From NCBI GenBank assembly GCA_030704615.1, contig CM060731.1, positions 28,768,001 through 28,832,000 of the forward strand: a DNA stretch of 64,000 nt, given 5' to 3'. Below, piece by piece: positions 11,719 through 25,100 of the stretch. The notes under the pieces are model-generated. The model did no database searches. It saw only the letters and a list, made by a program, of their open reading frames with translations, and had not been told where the DNA came from. Made by a program: the position numbers and the translations under genes. Position 1 is the stretch's first letter. Each line of letters opens with the position of its first letter. Origin of the DNA: Takakia lepidozioides (Eukaryota > Plantae > Bryophyta).

Positions 11719-12561
11719 GTTATATGGAAGTATTTGTAAAAGAAACAATTGTTTGGCAAATCGTTCAGTATTCGTATGATTTTACTTGGATCCGAAACTT
11801 TGTACGGGCGATTATTATACATGCACATACGTTCACAAATAGTATGTCATCGAACGAAAATCATCCAGACATGGAACGATCCGTTGAGTACCTATATGAG
11901 TTTTTTTGGATGCGAAACTTTGCCGGGCATACAATTCCTACATACGTACATTCACACACAAAATAACAACCAACGAAATTCATTCAAGTGTGGTTGCTTA
12001 GTTATATGTAAGTCTTTTGCAAAAGAAACAATTGTTTGGCAAATTGTTTGGTATTCGTATGATTTTACTTGGATCCACAACTTGGTACGGACGATTATCA
12101 TACATGGATATACGTTCACAAAAAGTATGCCATCGAATGAAAATCATCCAGGCATGGAACGATCCGTTGAGTACCTATATGAGTTTTGTTGGATGCGAAA
12201 CTTTGTCGGGGCATACAGTCCCTATATACGTACATTCACACAAAAAAAGACAACCAATGAAATTCATTCAAGTGTGGTTTCTTAGTTATATGTAAGCCTT
12301 TTGCAAAAGAAACAATTGTTTGGCAAATTGTTTGGTATTCGTATGATTTTACTTGAATCCACAACTTTGTACGGGCAATTATCATACATGGATATACGTT
12401 CACAAAAAGTATGTCATCGAATGAAAATCATCCAGGCATGGAACGATCCATTGAGTACCTATATGAGTTTTGTCGGATGCGAAACTTTGTCAGAGTAAAC
12501 AGTCCTTATATACGTACATTCACACAAAAAAAGACAACCAACGAAATTCATTCAAGTGTGG
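11719..12561. repeat. Tandem repeat, 3 copies of ~283 bp
   Basis: Unit start AGTTATATG..AAAAGAAACAATTGTTTGGCAAAT at ~11719, ~12000, ~12284. Confidence 0.9.
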
Positions 12562-12599
12562 TAATCTCTAGAGTACTGTCCACAAACCAAAAGCTGAGT

Positions 12600-13667
12600 T
12601 CATGTAACTGCCAACTCTTTGTCAAAAACTTCAAAGGTATAATCCACAGGGCAGGCTGGCAGACAACGCCAACGCGTACTAACGGAATCAAACGCCCACC
12701 ACTTCCGTGCACTTATGAGAGGCTGTACATTGTGTGCAAGACCAGCCAACATGTAAACCCATTCCTCCTTGATCCCTACCCGCTTGCGAGTCTCAAAGAT
12801 GTTGTTGCAGCCTTCATCATCAACCCCCGCTAGCGCATTCTGCCATTTCTTACAACACCGCACTTTAAGAATGGCCAATGTCAGGCCCACTGCCTTGCAA
12901 ACTAATGTTTTTTAATTTAAAAATTGATATGATCATTACAACAATCATATTCAACTCATGGGATACCGTTATGCTTCCCTAGGATGTAGGTGGGAGAGCT
13001 CGGGGTGTAGGTGGCGAAGCTCAGGGTATAACCGGGGGAACCCGGGACGTAGTTAGGGAAGCCCACGGTATAACCGGGGGAGCCTGGGACATAGTTGGGG
13101 GAAGCTGGGGTATAACTAGGGGAATTCAAAGTATCACATCCATCCAAAGCAACATCCTCGGATTCTGAGGTGTACTCGACGTAATCATCCACCTAAGTTC
13201 ATGCCCAATAACAAATAACTAAGTGAGAATATTACTTAGATTAAAACCGTGTAACTAATAGTAATTCAACTTAATAATTAAATACGCACCTAAACTTTAA
13301 TTACAAGAAAATGAACAGACTACTTTTAAAATGAGAAAAGACTTAGTGAGTAATAAATTACCTGCTGATGTGGGGAAAGAGGAGGGGGCGACTCTACGTC
13401 ACCTTCTTCGACATAATCATCCACCTGAGTTCAAATACAATAATAAATAACTAAATTAGAATATTACTTAGATTAAAATCGTATAACTAATACTAATTCA
13501 TACTTAATAAATAAATACGCACCTAAACTTTAACTATAAAAAATGAATATGCTACTTTCAAAATGAAAAAAGACTTAATGAAATAATAAATTACCTACCG
13601 ATGTGGGGAAAGAGGAGGGGCCCGGGGATGACCCGACGCCATCTTCTTTGTTTTCTCTCATTCTCCT
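12600..13667 (-). pseudogene. Spliced gene relic of unknown function with a 232-bp exon-intron tandem duplication and Pol II CTD-like heptads
   Basis: GT-AG exons 13424-13362, 13192-12967 and 12889-12600 join in frame; the upstream duplicate exon ends in CAG>TAG. Confidence 0.5.
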
Positions 13668-14565
13668 ACAGTGAATGAGAGAGAAACATTAAAAATATTT
13701 TTATTTTATATTTTTATTTTAAAAGATAAATGGACAAGATAAAAAAAATAAAGAAAAAAAATCTAATTCGACAATAACTGGTGGTTTTATACTTGAATCC
13801 AGCAGCACATAAGTACATCTAGCATGAAGCAAGAAGTGAACTTGGTTTAAGAATCTGGACTTGAGCAACTTGTAGTCGTACACTCTTGTGCGAGCTACAT
13901 AGGATAGGGATTTTTCAAACGAATTAGCAAATAAACTACACAAGTATCACTAAGCAATAGTTTATTGATACTCACTGTTGCAATTGGTGCGCCAAGTCAA
14001 GATTGAATATTCTGTCCTGCTCACCCCACACTAGAAGGCTTCCGAATCCTGCAAATGCCAAATCGTCATGCAGTTAGAAAAACCCAAAAAAAAACAAAAA
14101 AAAAACTTCGTTGTTGCAAGCTATAGCCTCGCCGAGCAGCAGGGCCGAAAGAGATACGGAGAGAAAATGTGGAGAGAGGGAAGATAAAATGTCTTGTCGA
14201 GACATGGACAAGACCAAACAAGGTCTTTGTCAATTTGTATGACAAATCAGCCTCATAACGAGGCACTATCAATCACTCTTCATTCATAAACCAGTCTGAT
14301 GACATATAACAGATCTCACAGTTCATGAAATCTCTGGGAGGGGGGGTGGGATCATATAATTACCACCCATGTTCCCATTAATAAACTGGAGAAGAAGTTC
14401 CAGTTTTCATATAGCCATAATGGTCAGATTATAGCAGTAAACAGCTTCTAAACTATTTACACATGAAGGGAAAGTCCACACATCTTGTTTTTTGTCCCAA
14501 GACCTAGTTTCAATCTGGGGCCAGTGTATAAATGGATTCAAAAGGTTTTGAGCAGTAAGTGATTA

Positions 14566-14820
14566 CTGTCACGACGTGACACAGCCTATCACAGCCAATC
14601 AAGGCAAAGCACAGCCTATCACAGCCCATCACGACGTGACACAGCCTATCACAGCCCAGCACGGCGCGACACGGCCTATCACAACCTACCACAGCGTGTC
14701 ACAGCCTATCACAGCTTACCACAACATATCACAGCCTATCACAGCTTACCACAGTGCATCACAGCCTATCACAGTGTACCCCAGTATGACACAGCCTGTC
14801 ACAGCTCAACACAGCCTACT
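14566..14820. repeat. ~30-bp tandem repeats built on TCACAGCCTATCACAG
   Basis: Direct reading; inverted counterpart at 26330-26700. Confidence 0.9.
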
Positions 14821-15504
14821 AGGGTTACACGATCCATAGAATCAGTGACAGGTGGACGCATAATAACTTCAGGAAAATGGCTGACGGAAGAAAAAACGGA
14901 AACTAGTTTAAAAATAGACACGTGGAGGTCAGGGCGCGACACACAGCTGAGAAGGAAGTGCAAGACCAGGTGTCATAAAGAAAGAGGACAAGAACGGCCG
15001 TCAAAAGGGATGAAAGGCGGGCCCATTAATGAATACGGAAAAAGGGAAACGGAACGAACGGCAAATACAGAAAAGCGAAATTCTTGTCACATGTGTGATC
15101 CTAGTGGACTATCCAGCAGGGAAAATCCACTAAAGAAAATAAAATCTAAAATCCATTCACAGCGGAGACAGCCAATAGAAAACCAGAGAAAGGATCAAGA
15201 AAATGGAGGGAAATTGAGCGCAAGAGGCGGCGTCGTTCTGAGTAACGGGCGTCTCGACGGGACAGACCATCAATGCTATAGCTTGGAAGCTATGGAGGAA
15301 CTAACAAATTATACGCTCGCAATATTACTTACGCAGCATAGACACGAAAGAACAGAGCGGAGCTTTTCTCTTGAGCGATGCTTGCAAGCCCCGCAAGCTT
15401 ACAAGAAATTACCCATAGCCTTCTGTGGCAACCATACGTTTATGCTTTGTGCACTACAGGCATTTCTGCAGTTGTTACAGCCAAAATAGTTCTGTGAGTC
15501 TAAA

Positions 15505-18500
15505 ATGAAGAGAGTGAGAGGAATGGAGGAAATCAGGGTGAAGAGCACCACAATTCTGCAGAAACAAACGATTGCTACCCCACAGGCGATACAAATACTG
15601 GAGGAGCTGAGATTGCAAGGATTGCAAAGCCTAGATTGGACATTACACCATAGACAGTACATGTTACAATTTTTGCAGAACTTTGAACCAAGGACAGGAA
15701 CGACAACGGTGAAGGGAGTTGAATTAATGATTACTCCCCTATACCTCCAGCAATTGTTTCGATTGCCAGCAGGTCAGGTGCATGTGGAGGAACACAGGGC
15801 AAGACTGCAAATAGGGGACTTATTCCAAGAAGGGAGTTTCTTTAAAACTCAGGGTTATGCTTGTACCAAGGCTGTGTACCCAGGGCTAAAAGAGGTAGGC
15901 CAGGTATTGAACGTTCTGATTGCCATGAAACAGAACCAACAGTATTTGAGCAGATCCTTCACGGAGGAAATACTCAAAGGCCTGAAGGGACAAGAGGTAC
16001 AATGGGCAGACATAATGTACAACGCACTGGTGGAGGAGATGAAAAGATTACAAGGTACTACCGCAAAGTCTCATATCATAGTGTCTGGCCCAATCATTGC
16101 TCAAATAATTCTTGATTCTGGCATACTTGATGCGCAAGAAAGAAAGGAGATGGGAGTGTTTGAGCCATAAACCACTGCAATGGAAGAGCAAGGCTCTTCA
16201 CACAGTGAGGGTGGACTAGCAGGGCAACCCAAGACTAAGAGGCAGAGACGGGGAAAGACTGTAGTGGCGGATCCACTGGCTTCACGGATTCCGCATGATA
16301 ATGTTTCCCAAGCTCATGTGCAGGAAGGGCCACAGCAGCACAGAGAAATGCTATTACTGGAAGCAGGACCTTCAGAGAGGGAGGAGGAAGTTACTTCAGC
16401 ATCACAACCATCACAGCCAGCTGATCGACTTGTCACAAGGTCACAAGTTGTCCATGCAGCTCAACCAGAAATAATTGATTTGGAAAGAGAAGGGTTAGAT
16501 ATTCCAACTACAGAATAGATAGTGGCAGAAATGGAGAAGGGGGACCTTCTCTATGAATATTCTGGTCTGGTCAAGGAGACAGAGATTCCAGAGGTGCAAC
16601 AGTTGCCCAAAGGAAATCCTGAGGTGCATATAATATACACACCTGTGTCGGAGGTACCATAGGCGGAAGGTCATGACACTGTAGCACCGGTGATAGATGA
16701 AGTGGTTCAGGAAGAAAATCCGGTGGGACAATGGCCTGAGTGGTTCGTGAGACATCACACTGTTGAGGATCAGGAGGAATAGCAGCAACCTCACCATGAT
16801 GACCCTCAACAGGCAATGCTGATGAGTTCCATAGGCAGGACACTTAATTTGTTGGGGACTTATGTCAAATCCCATGTTCCAACTACCCAATTGACAGCCT
16901 TGAGAGAGGAACTCAGGAAGGAATTTGAGGCTCGACTAGCCACTGAGTGTGCAAACAAGGTCGATGAAGAGGTCACTCTCAAGATGCAGCAGGACTTGGA
17001 AAATACAGAAGCGGCTTTGCAATTGGCCAAGGAACAATTGATTGAGGCAGGCCTCGCGCAAGATCAGTTGCACGAAGCACATAAGCAACAACTATACCAA
17101 ATGCAGGTGCAACATGAAAGCAAGTTGCAAGAAGTGAATGCACTACATACGGAGTTGCAGACAGTGCATGACAGGATGGCGATACAATGTGCTACATTCA
17201 CAACTATGCTTGACCAATCTACAAAAGAAATAAACAATCAAGCGGAAAAATGTACGAAGGCAGAAGAAGAGAATGTTGAGCAAATGAAACTCATTGTCGA
17301 TATGAAGAATACAATCTGTCGCAATGAGGATGCTTTCAAGCAATACAGGCAGGTTGAAGCTGATCAAGAGAAGCACATCGTGGAGTTGCACCAAACGATC
17401 ATGGCCAATAGAAATGAAATCGCGGTCAATAACAAGGCTTGGAGGGAAGCTAATAATCTGGCTGCTGCTTATGCAAATTTGGTTGAACCTCAGGCGAAGC
17501 GCATGGAGGCTTTACAACAGCAGTTAGAAGTGTACAAGCTAAGAGATGAGCAAACTCTCAGGGGAACCACAAGCAACTTGGTGGATAACAGCCTTATGCA
17601 GGTCTGGTTAGCACAAGGGCCAGTAGAGGGCAAAGCACCACGAAAACTCACCCAAAGCGAGATGAATGAGCTCAGACTACAAGTGCAGAACATTGCCACA
17701 ATTACTATAGACAATGTCTATAGTAGAATAGCAGAGTTACAGGAGGATGTAGACGGACTGCAGACTCAAGTGGAGGACCTCACTTCAAACATCGACAAAA
17801 GAGTCTATATCGCTCAGGAATAGCTAATGGCTTCTTATTTACAAGCCAGAACTTTGGCTTTTCAGTCTTCACAGGAGGTGCAGGAGATGCCAATGATACA
17901 AGAGCCAGTACCACCAACACCACAACAAGTCACTGTACCAGTAGCTGAACCTGTTGTTACTACAACCACACCACAGCCACCACAGCCTGAGGTATGGGGC
18001 AATGCTGCTTTTAACCCACCTAAAACTCCAGCTGCAAGGGAGTACAGTAGGGCTATGATTATGCCATTCAACCAAATTCCCATCATGTTGGATTTGGCTT
18101 GGAAAGAATTTAGTCCTCCGCAGTCATTCGCACATTACTACCAAATCATGCGCATCTGGCTGCCAGTGGCAACTAGGACTAAAGTTCTTCCGAACAATCG
18201 ATCAATTGAGGATCATCACTTTGCACAGTACTGGCACGAGGCAGGTACCATGTTGAGGGAATTAATTGCTTTCCAGGTTGTACATGGACTCATTTATACC
18301 AAGACTAAGGAGGTAGCAAGTATTGTCATGGGATGCGGGTTATACTACGCTGCTTGTTTTCTGGTACGTTATCACATTGAGCAACAAAAGATGCAAACAC
18401 GTTTTCTGAGTTATTCCAGTGGAGATCATTGGGTATTACCTTCGGTGCCACCTCATATGTACCTATATGACCCAAAAGTTATGATGCAAAAGGATTCTCA

Positions 18501-19056
18501 AATTCGTTCATGGTTTCAAGCGGCCTGGAACAATTTGTCAACACAGAAATTCGGCATTGATGATATTTTCTATAAGGGACATGTGGCATGGAAATACTTG
18601 CACGCTGCACCAGTAATTGGTACCCCACTCACCTGGACAGACAAAGAGCTCAGTGTCTACACCAATTTTGCTGTTCAACGGTTACACCAAGTTGTAAAAT
18701 ATAAACTTCCAGACATGGTAGGACAACATTGTATGCCCCAAAGGATTCCACAAAAAGTTCGAAAATTAAAACACCTGAGAGGCAATGAGGATTCTGATAC
18801 AACTGCTTCTTCACCGAATTCTTTTGACATGGGAGAAGACTATGCAGTTCAGATGGCAGAGAAGAAGCGACGGGGGTCTCCTATGCCGGAAAGGTTACCT
18901 CGATATCAACCTCCAGAGGGCCTCACTTATCCAGGTAGTGATCAACCATCTCCGTCAAACAGAGACAGACCTTGGGCTCGTACACACAGTCCGCCACGAA
19001 ACTCTCAACGTCAAAAAGATGCTCACTCACAAAGGTTTGCTAATCGAAATCAGTAA
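15505..19056 (+). pseudogene. Retrotransposon extra ORF (~1,180 codons), interrupted only by in-frame stops
   Basis: ORFs 15505, 16180, 16816, 17827 (and 14845) share one frame; stops are sense codons in the second copy; N-terminal QFLQNF..VKGVELMITP..LFRLP resembles Athila/plant-transposon accessory domains; long coiled coil follows. Confidence 0.85.
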
Positions 19057-19094
19057 ACCGTGAGGACACGGCTTTTTGAGGGGGGAAGGGGTAA

Positions 19095-20024
19095 TGTTAG
19101 AGGACTATCGGGGACTTAGACACTTATACGGGATCTGTAGGGTACCCTTAATTTTTTGCACAGACTGAGACCAACAGGAGCCTTAGGGGTGACAGCAGCG
19201 CACTGTAGAGGGGGATTACACAGCCCGTCACAATCGTCACAGCCGACACAGCCAACATAGCGTCACAGTCGTCACAGCAGACACAGCCGACACAGCCAAC
19301 ACAGCCATCACAGCCGACACAGCCAAACACAGTCGCACAGCCAGTCACATCCCGTCACAGTTTCACACAGCCAGTCACAGCTTGACACAGCTGTCACGAT
19401 CATAGGGAACGGAGAGCAGGACAGGGAACGACTGTGGGAAACAACACCTGCGAAGGGAACATGTTAGTTCACAGACGACGGTTAGTGAGGGAAACAGTTA
19501 GAACCACGGGTAGGAAGATAAAGGGAGAAGCAGGGAATTTGAGAGATATCATTGGGAGGAGGACTTCTTGATCATGGGGAGGAGAGGGGATCGGGCAGAG
19601 ATGAAGAACGGAAGCGAAGATAGAGAGATGATGAGTAGATGCTTGATATATGCAAGGCTGTAATGATATTGTAGAGCAGATTAGAGACACAATGGCTTCG
19701 GCCTGATACCTGATAAATCATAATCGGATACTTTTACGATACAATCACACTGTGTAGAGAGATCTGAGTGAAGCTGTGGAATGAATGGATGAGTTGATGG
19801 AATCCAATAGATTGATAAAGCAAACTGATACTTAATTATCAATGGTAAGATAGCTAACATGAATGCCAAAAGGGAAACAAATAGGAAACACCCTCATGAT
19901 ACACTAGCTGTAGGTCATGACTGATTGTTCTGCGCGGGCTGAGTACTTAGAGATTTCCAACTCTTCTATCTTGGAGTTTCCGCCTCGAATAGCGAAGGGA
20001 TGGGTGAGTAAAAGCCGTGCGACA
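19095..20024 (+). repeat. 3' LTR of copy B1 (930 bp, TGTT..GACA)
   Basis: TG..CA ends; homologous to LTRs 21101-22092 and 47091-48093 but clearly more diverged. Confidence 0.92.
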
Positions 20025-20708
20025 ACCACCATGAAGTAAATAAAGTTTTGGAGGAAGTTCATAAAGGAGTGGCTGGAGGACATTTTGGAGAAGAGACTAC
20101 TAGTAGGAAGATACTACTTGCAAGTTACTGGTGGCCTACTTTGTTCAAGGATGTACACAAGTATTGTCAGAGTTGTGATGAATGTCAGAGGCTAGGACCT
20201 TTGCAGAGATCTGGGAAGATGGCTTTGCATCCTACGATGCCTACTGAATCATTCCAGAAATGGGGACTAGACTTTGTTGGACCAATTAACCCACCGGCCA
20301 AGAATACTCAGAACAAGTATATAATTACAGCCACTGATTATACTACGAAGTGGGTGGAAGCTAAAGCTCTGAGGGACAACACAGCCAAGTCCACAGCAAG
20401 GTTCCTGTATGAGAACATACTTACACGATTTGGCTGTCCATTAGAATTTATCAGTGACCAGGGAAGTCACTTCATTAATGAGACCATTGAACTATTGACT
20501 AAAGAGTTCATGATTGTGCATAGGAAGAGTACAACGTATTACCCACAGGGTAATGGGCAGGCAGAGGCTACCAACAAAATACTATGTACTATCTTGGCTA
20601 AGATAGTCAATGCAACAGAACGGATTGGGATACAAAGCTGCTGACAGCTTTGTGGTCATACATGACTTCATATAAAGTCACCACTAAGTATACACCATTC
20701 CAATTAGT
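20025..20708 (+). mobile_element. Integrase fragment of a further copy (B0) of the same family, into which B1 inserted
   Basis: HKGVAGGHFG..CDECQR (HHCC), WGLDFVGP, ISDQGSHF, PQGNGQAE; near-identical to 27225-27900 (-). Confidence 0.92.
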
Positions 20709-21100
20709 ACAAGCTCTTCATGCATATGAGTATAAACATTCACCTTTCTTTCCTCCCAGCCTTCAAACTCTACTCGCTTAATGGATAGCAATGCTATCAC
20801 ATAAACCAGTGTTGGTAACCAACGTGCTCTTCCTCTACAGGCCACCTGATAAATCTTTATCACTCCTTTCTCCAGACCCCATTCAGGGTCAGCATCATGC
20901 ACTCTCTTAAGAATGTTTTCTTTACAACCGTCTGGCAATTCCAAGAACCTCTGAAAGAATCGTTTGGATAATCTTTCCTTCTCAGTTTCACAAGGAATTT
21001 GATTTACATCAAATTCTTTAATTCTCCAACCACCATGATCCCACCAGATGTCTGTCACATCTGGTTGTTCATGACCCAGTTCCCCAGTATGGTCGCCAAA
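20706..21100 (-). mobile_element. PBS and leader of a tandem copy sharing LTR 21101-22092, truncated
   Basis: Near-identical to 46696-47090, including PBS TGGCGACCATACTGGGGA. Confidence 0.9.
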
Positions 21101-22092
21101 TGTCACGCGGCTTTTACTCACCCATCCCTTCGCTATCCGAGGTGGAAACTCCAAGATAGAAGAGTTGGAAATCTCTAAGCACTCAGCCCACTCAGAACAA
21201 TCAGTCATGACCTACAGCTAGTGTATCATGGGGTTGTTTCCTATTTTTTTTCCTTTCCGCATTCATGTTAGCTGGTTACCTTACTGTTGGTAATTAAGTA
21301 TCAGTTTGCTTCAGCAATCTATCGGATTCCATCATCTCATCCATTCATTCCACAGCTTCACTCAGATCTTTCTACACAGTGTGAGTATGAAGTATGTATC
21401 AGATTAATATCTATCAAGTATCAGGCTGAAGCCATGGAGTCTCTAATCTGCTCTACATTACAACCCTACTGCTTGCATTCATTAAGCATCAACAGATCGT
21501 CCTCCTCCTATTTTGTGCTCTCTCTCTCCTTCCGCTCAGAGATGCGGTCTCTCCCCTTTTCTCCCGCGATGTCCGAACTTCCCCCCCCCCAGCAGCGATT
21601 CCCCCAAGAAGTGATCTTTTTCCCGTCCTCGCTCCTCGCTTTATCTTCCTACCCGTTGTTCTAACCGTTTCCCTCACTAACCGTCATCCGTGTACTAACA
21701 TGTTCCATTCGTAGATGTTGCTCCCCCCAGTCGTTCCCTGTCCTGCTATCCGTTCCCTATGGTCGTGACAGCTGTGTCAAGCTGTGACTGGCTGTGCGAC
21801 TGTGTCGAGTTGTGACTGACTGTAAAGGCTGTGTCTGGCTGTGACTGGCTGTGACGGGCTGTGTCGGCTGTGACGAGTTGTGTTGGCTGTGTCGGACTGT
21901 GTCGGGCTGTGTTGGCTGTGTCGGACTGTGACGAGCTGTGTTGGCTGTGTCGGACTGTGACGGGCTGTGTAACCCCCTTCTAAAGTGCGCTGCTGTCACC
22001 CCTAAGGCTCTTGTTGGTCTCAGTCTATGCAAAAATTAAGGGTACCCCACAGATCCCATATAAGTGTCTAAGTCCCAGACAGTCCTCTAACA
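21101..22092 (-). repeat. 3' LTR of copy C (992 bp)
   Basis: TG..CA; roughly 97-98% identical by eye to 47091-48093. Confidence 0.95.
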
Positions 22093-22130
22093 TTACCCCT
22101 TCCCCTCTCAAAAAGCCGTGTCCTCATGGT

Positions 22131-25100
22131 TTACTGATTGGGATTAGCAAACCTTTGTGAGCGAGTACCTTTCTGACGTTGAGAGTCTCGTGAAGGACTT
22201 TGTGTATGAGCCCGAGGTCTGTCACTGGTTGACGGAGATGATTGAACACTACCTGGATATGTGAGGCCCTCTGGAGGCTGATATCGAGGTAACCTTTCAG
22301 GCATAGGAGACCCCCGTCGCTTCTTCTCTGCCATCTGAATTGCATAGTCTTCTCCCATATCAAAAGAGTCCGCTGAAGAAACAGTTGTATCAGAATCCTC
22401 ATCGCCTCTCAGGTGTTTTAATTGTCGAACTTTTTGTGGAATCCTCTAGGGCATACAATGTTGTCCTACCATGTCTGGAAGTTTAAACTTTAAAACTTGT
22501 TGTAAACGCTGAATGGCAAAATTGGTGAAGACGCTGAGTTTCTTGTTTGTCCAGGTGAGTGGGGTACCAATGACTTGTGAATTGTGCAAGTATTTCCATG
22601 CCTCATGTCCCTTAAAGAAAATATCATCAGGGCCGAATTTTTGTGTTGACAAATTGTTCCAGGCCGCATGAAACCATGAACAAATTTGAGAATCATTTTG
22701 CATCATAACTTTTGCCTCATATAGGTACATATGAGGTGGCACTGAAGGTAAGACCCAATGATCCCCACTGGAATAACTCAGAAAGCGCGATTGCATCTTG
22801 TGCTGCTCAATGTGGTAACGTACCAGAAAACAAGCAGCGTAGTATACCCCACAGCCCATGACAATACTTGTTACCTCCTTGGTCTTGGTATAAATGAATC
22901 CATGTACAACTTGGAAGGCAATTAATTCCTTCAACATGGTACCTGCCTCATGCCAGTACTGCGCAAAGTGATGATCCTCAATGGGTCGATTGTTTGTAAG
23001 TACCTTAGTTCTAGTTGCCACTGGCAGCCATATGCACATGATTTGATAGTAATGTGCCAATGACTGCGGAGGACTAAATTCTTTCCAAGCCAAATCCAAC
23101 ACAATGGGAATTTGGTTGAAGGGCATAATCATAGCCCTACTGTACTCCCTTGCAACTGGAGTTTTAGGTGGGTTAAAAGCAGCATTCCCCCATACCTCAG
23201 GCTGTGGTGGCTGTGGTATGGCTGTAGTAACAACAGGGTCAGCTACTGCACAGTGACTTGTTGTGGTGTTGGTGGCACTGGCTCTTGTACCATTGGCATC
23301 TCCTGTACCTCCTGTGAAGAAGACTGAAAAGCCAAAGTTCTCGCTTTTAAATAAGAAGCCATTAGCTACTTCTCAGGTACACAGACTCTGTTGTTGATAT
23401 TTGAAGTGAGGTCCTCCACTTGAGTCTGCAGGCCGTCTACATCCTCCTGTAACTCCGTTCTGCACTTGCAGTCTGAGCTCATTCATCTCGCTTTGGGTGA
23501 GCTTTCGTGGTGTTTTGCCCTCCACTGGCCCTTGTGCTAACCAGACCTGCATAAGGTGGTTATCCACTAAGTTGCTTGTGGTACCTCTGAGAGTCTGCTC
23601 CCCTCTGAGTTTGTACATATCTAACTGCTGTTGTAAAGCCTCCATGCGTTCGCATGAGGTTCAACCAAATTCGCATAGGCAGCAAGCAGATTATTGGCTT
23701 CCTTCCAAGCCTTGTTAGTGATAGAGATTTCATTTCTATTGGCCATGACCGTTTGTTGCAACTCCAGTATGTGTCTCTCTTGGTCAGCTTCAACCTGTCT
23801 GTATTGCTTGAAAGTATCCTCATTGCGACAGATTGTATTCTTCATATCGACAATGAGTTTCACTTGCTCAACATTTTCTGCCTCTGCCTTCGTACATCTT
23901 TCCGCTTGACTGTTTATTTCTGTTGTACATTGGTCAAGCATAGTTGTGAGTGTAGCACATTGGATGGCCATCCTGTCATGCACTGTCTGCAACTCCGTAT
24001 GTAGTGCATTCACTTGTTGCAACTTGCTTTCATGCTTCACTTGCATTTGGTATAGCTGTTGCTTATGTGCTTCGTGCAACTGGTCTTGCGCGAGGCTTGC
24101 CTCAATCAATTGTTCCTTGGCCAATTGCAAAGCCGCTTCTGTACTCTCCAAGTCTTGCTGCATCTTGAGAGTGACCTCTTCATCGACCTTATTTGCACAC
24201 TCTGTGGCAAGTCGAGCTTGAAACTCCTTCCTGAGTTCCTCCCTCAAAGGTGCCAATTGAGTAGTGGGAACATGGGATTTGACATAAGTACCCAACAAAT
24301 TAAGTGTCCTGCTTATGGAACTCATAAGCATAGCCTGTTGAGGGTCATCTTGGTGAGCTTGATGCTGTTCTCCCTGATCCTCAACAGTGTGATGCCTTAC
24401 GAACCACTCAGGCCATTGCCCCACCAGATTTTCTACCTGAACCACTCCATCCGTCACTGGTGCTGCAGTGTCTTGGCATTCTACCTGTGGTACCTCCGTC
24501 ACAGGTGTGTGTATTCTACGCGCCGCAGGGTTTTCCCTGGACAACCGTTGCACCTCCGGAATCACTGTGTCCTTGGCCATACCATAATATTCATAGAGAA
24601 GGTCCCCCTTCTCAATTTCTGCCACCACCTGTTCTGTAGTGGGAATATCTAACCCTTCTTTTTCTAAATCAATTATTTCTGGTTGAACTGCATGGACAAC
24701 TTGTGGTAACTTTGTGACAAGCCGATCATCTGGCTGTGATGGCTGTGATACTGAAGTAACTTCCTCTTCCCTCTCTGAAGGTCCTGCTTCCAGTAATAGC
24801 AGTTCTCTGTGCTGCTGTGCCCCTTCCTGCACAAGAGCTTGGGAAACATTATCATGCGGATTCCGTGAAGCCAGTGGATCCGCCACTACAGTCTTTCCCC
24901 GCCTCTATCTCTTAGTCTCGGGTTGCCCTGCCAGTCCACCCTCACTGTGTGAAGAGCCTTGCTCTTCCATTGCAGTGGTTTCTGGCTCAAACACTCCCAT
25001 CTCCTTTCTTTCTCGCGCATCAAGTATGCCAGAATCAAGAATTATTTGAGCAATGATTGGGCCAGACACTATGATAGGAGACTTTGCGGCAGTACCTGTA

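Larger units (their letters stand above)
14566..20024 (+). mobile_element. 3' half of a non-chromovirus Ty3/gypsy element (copy B1): TCACAGCC repeats, extra ORF, PPT, 3' LTR
   Basis: Homologous in inverted orientation to 21101-26640; PPT GAGGGGGGAAGGGGTAA just before the LTR; right flank ACCAC; 5' half absent. Confidence 0.9.

Noticed and set aside
12956-13192. RPB1 gene
   Set aside because: Only about six degenerate heptads and no polymerase domains.
14066-14272. Copia RT fragment (YKLTKTLFGL)
   Set aside because: Single weak motif with no flanking RT similarity.
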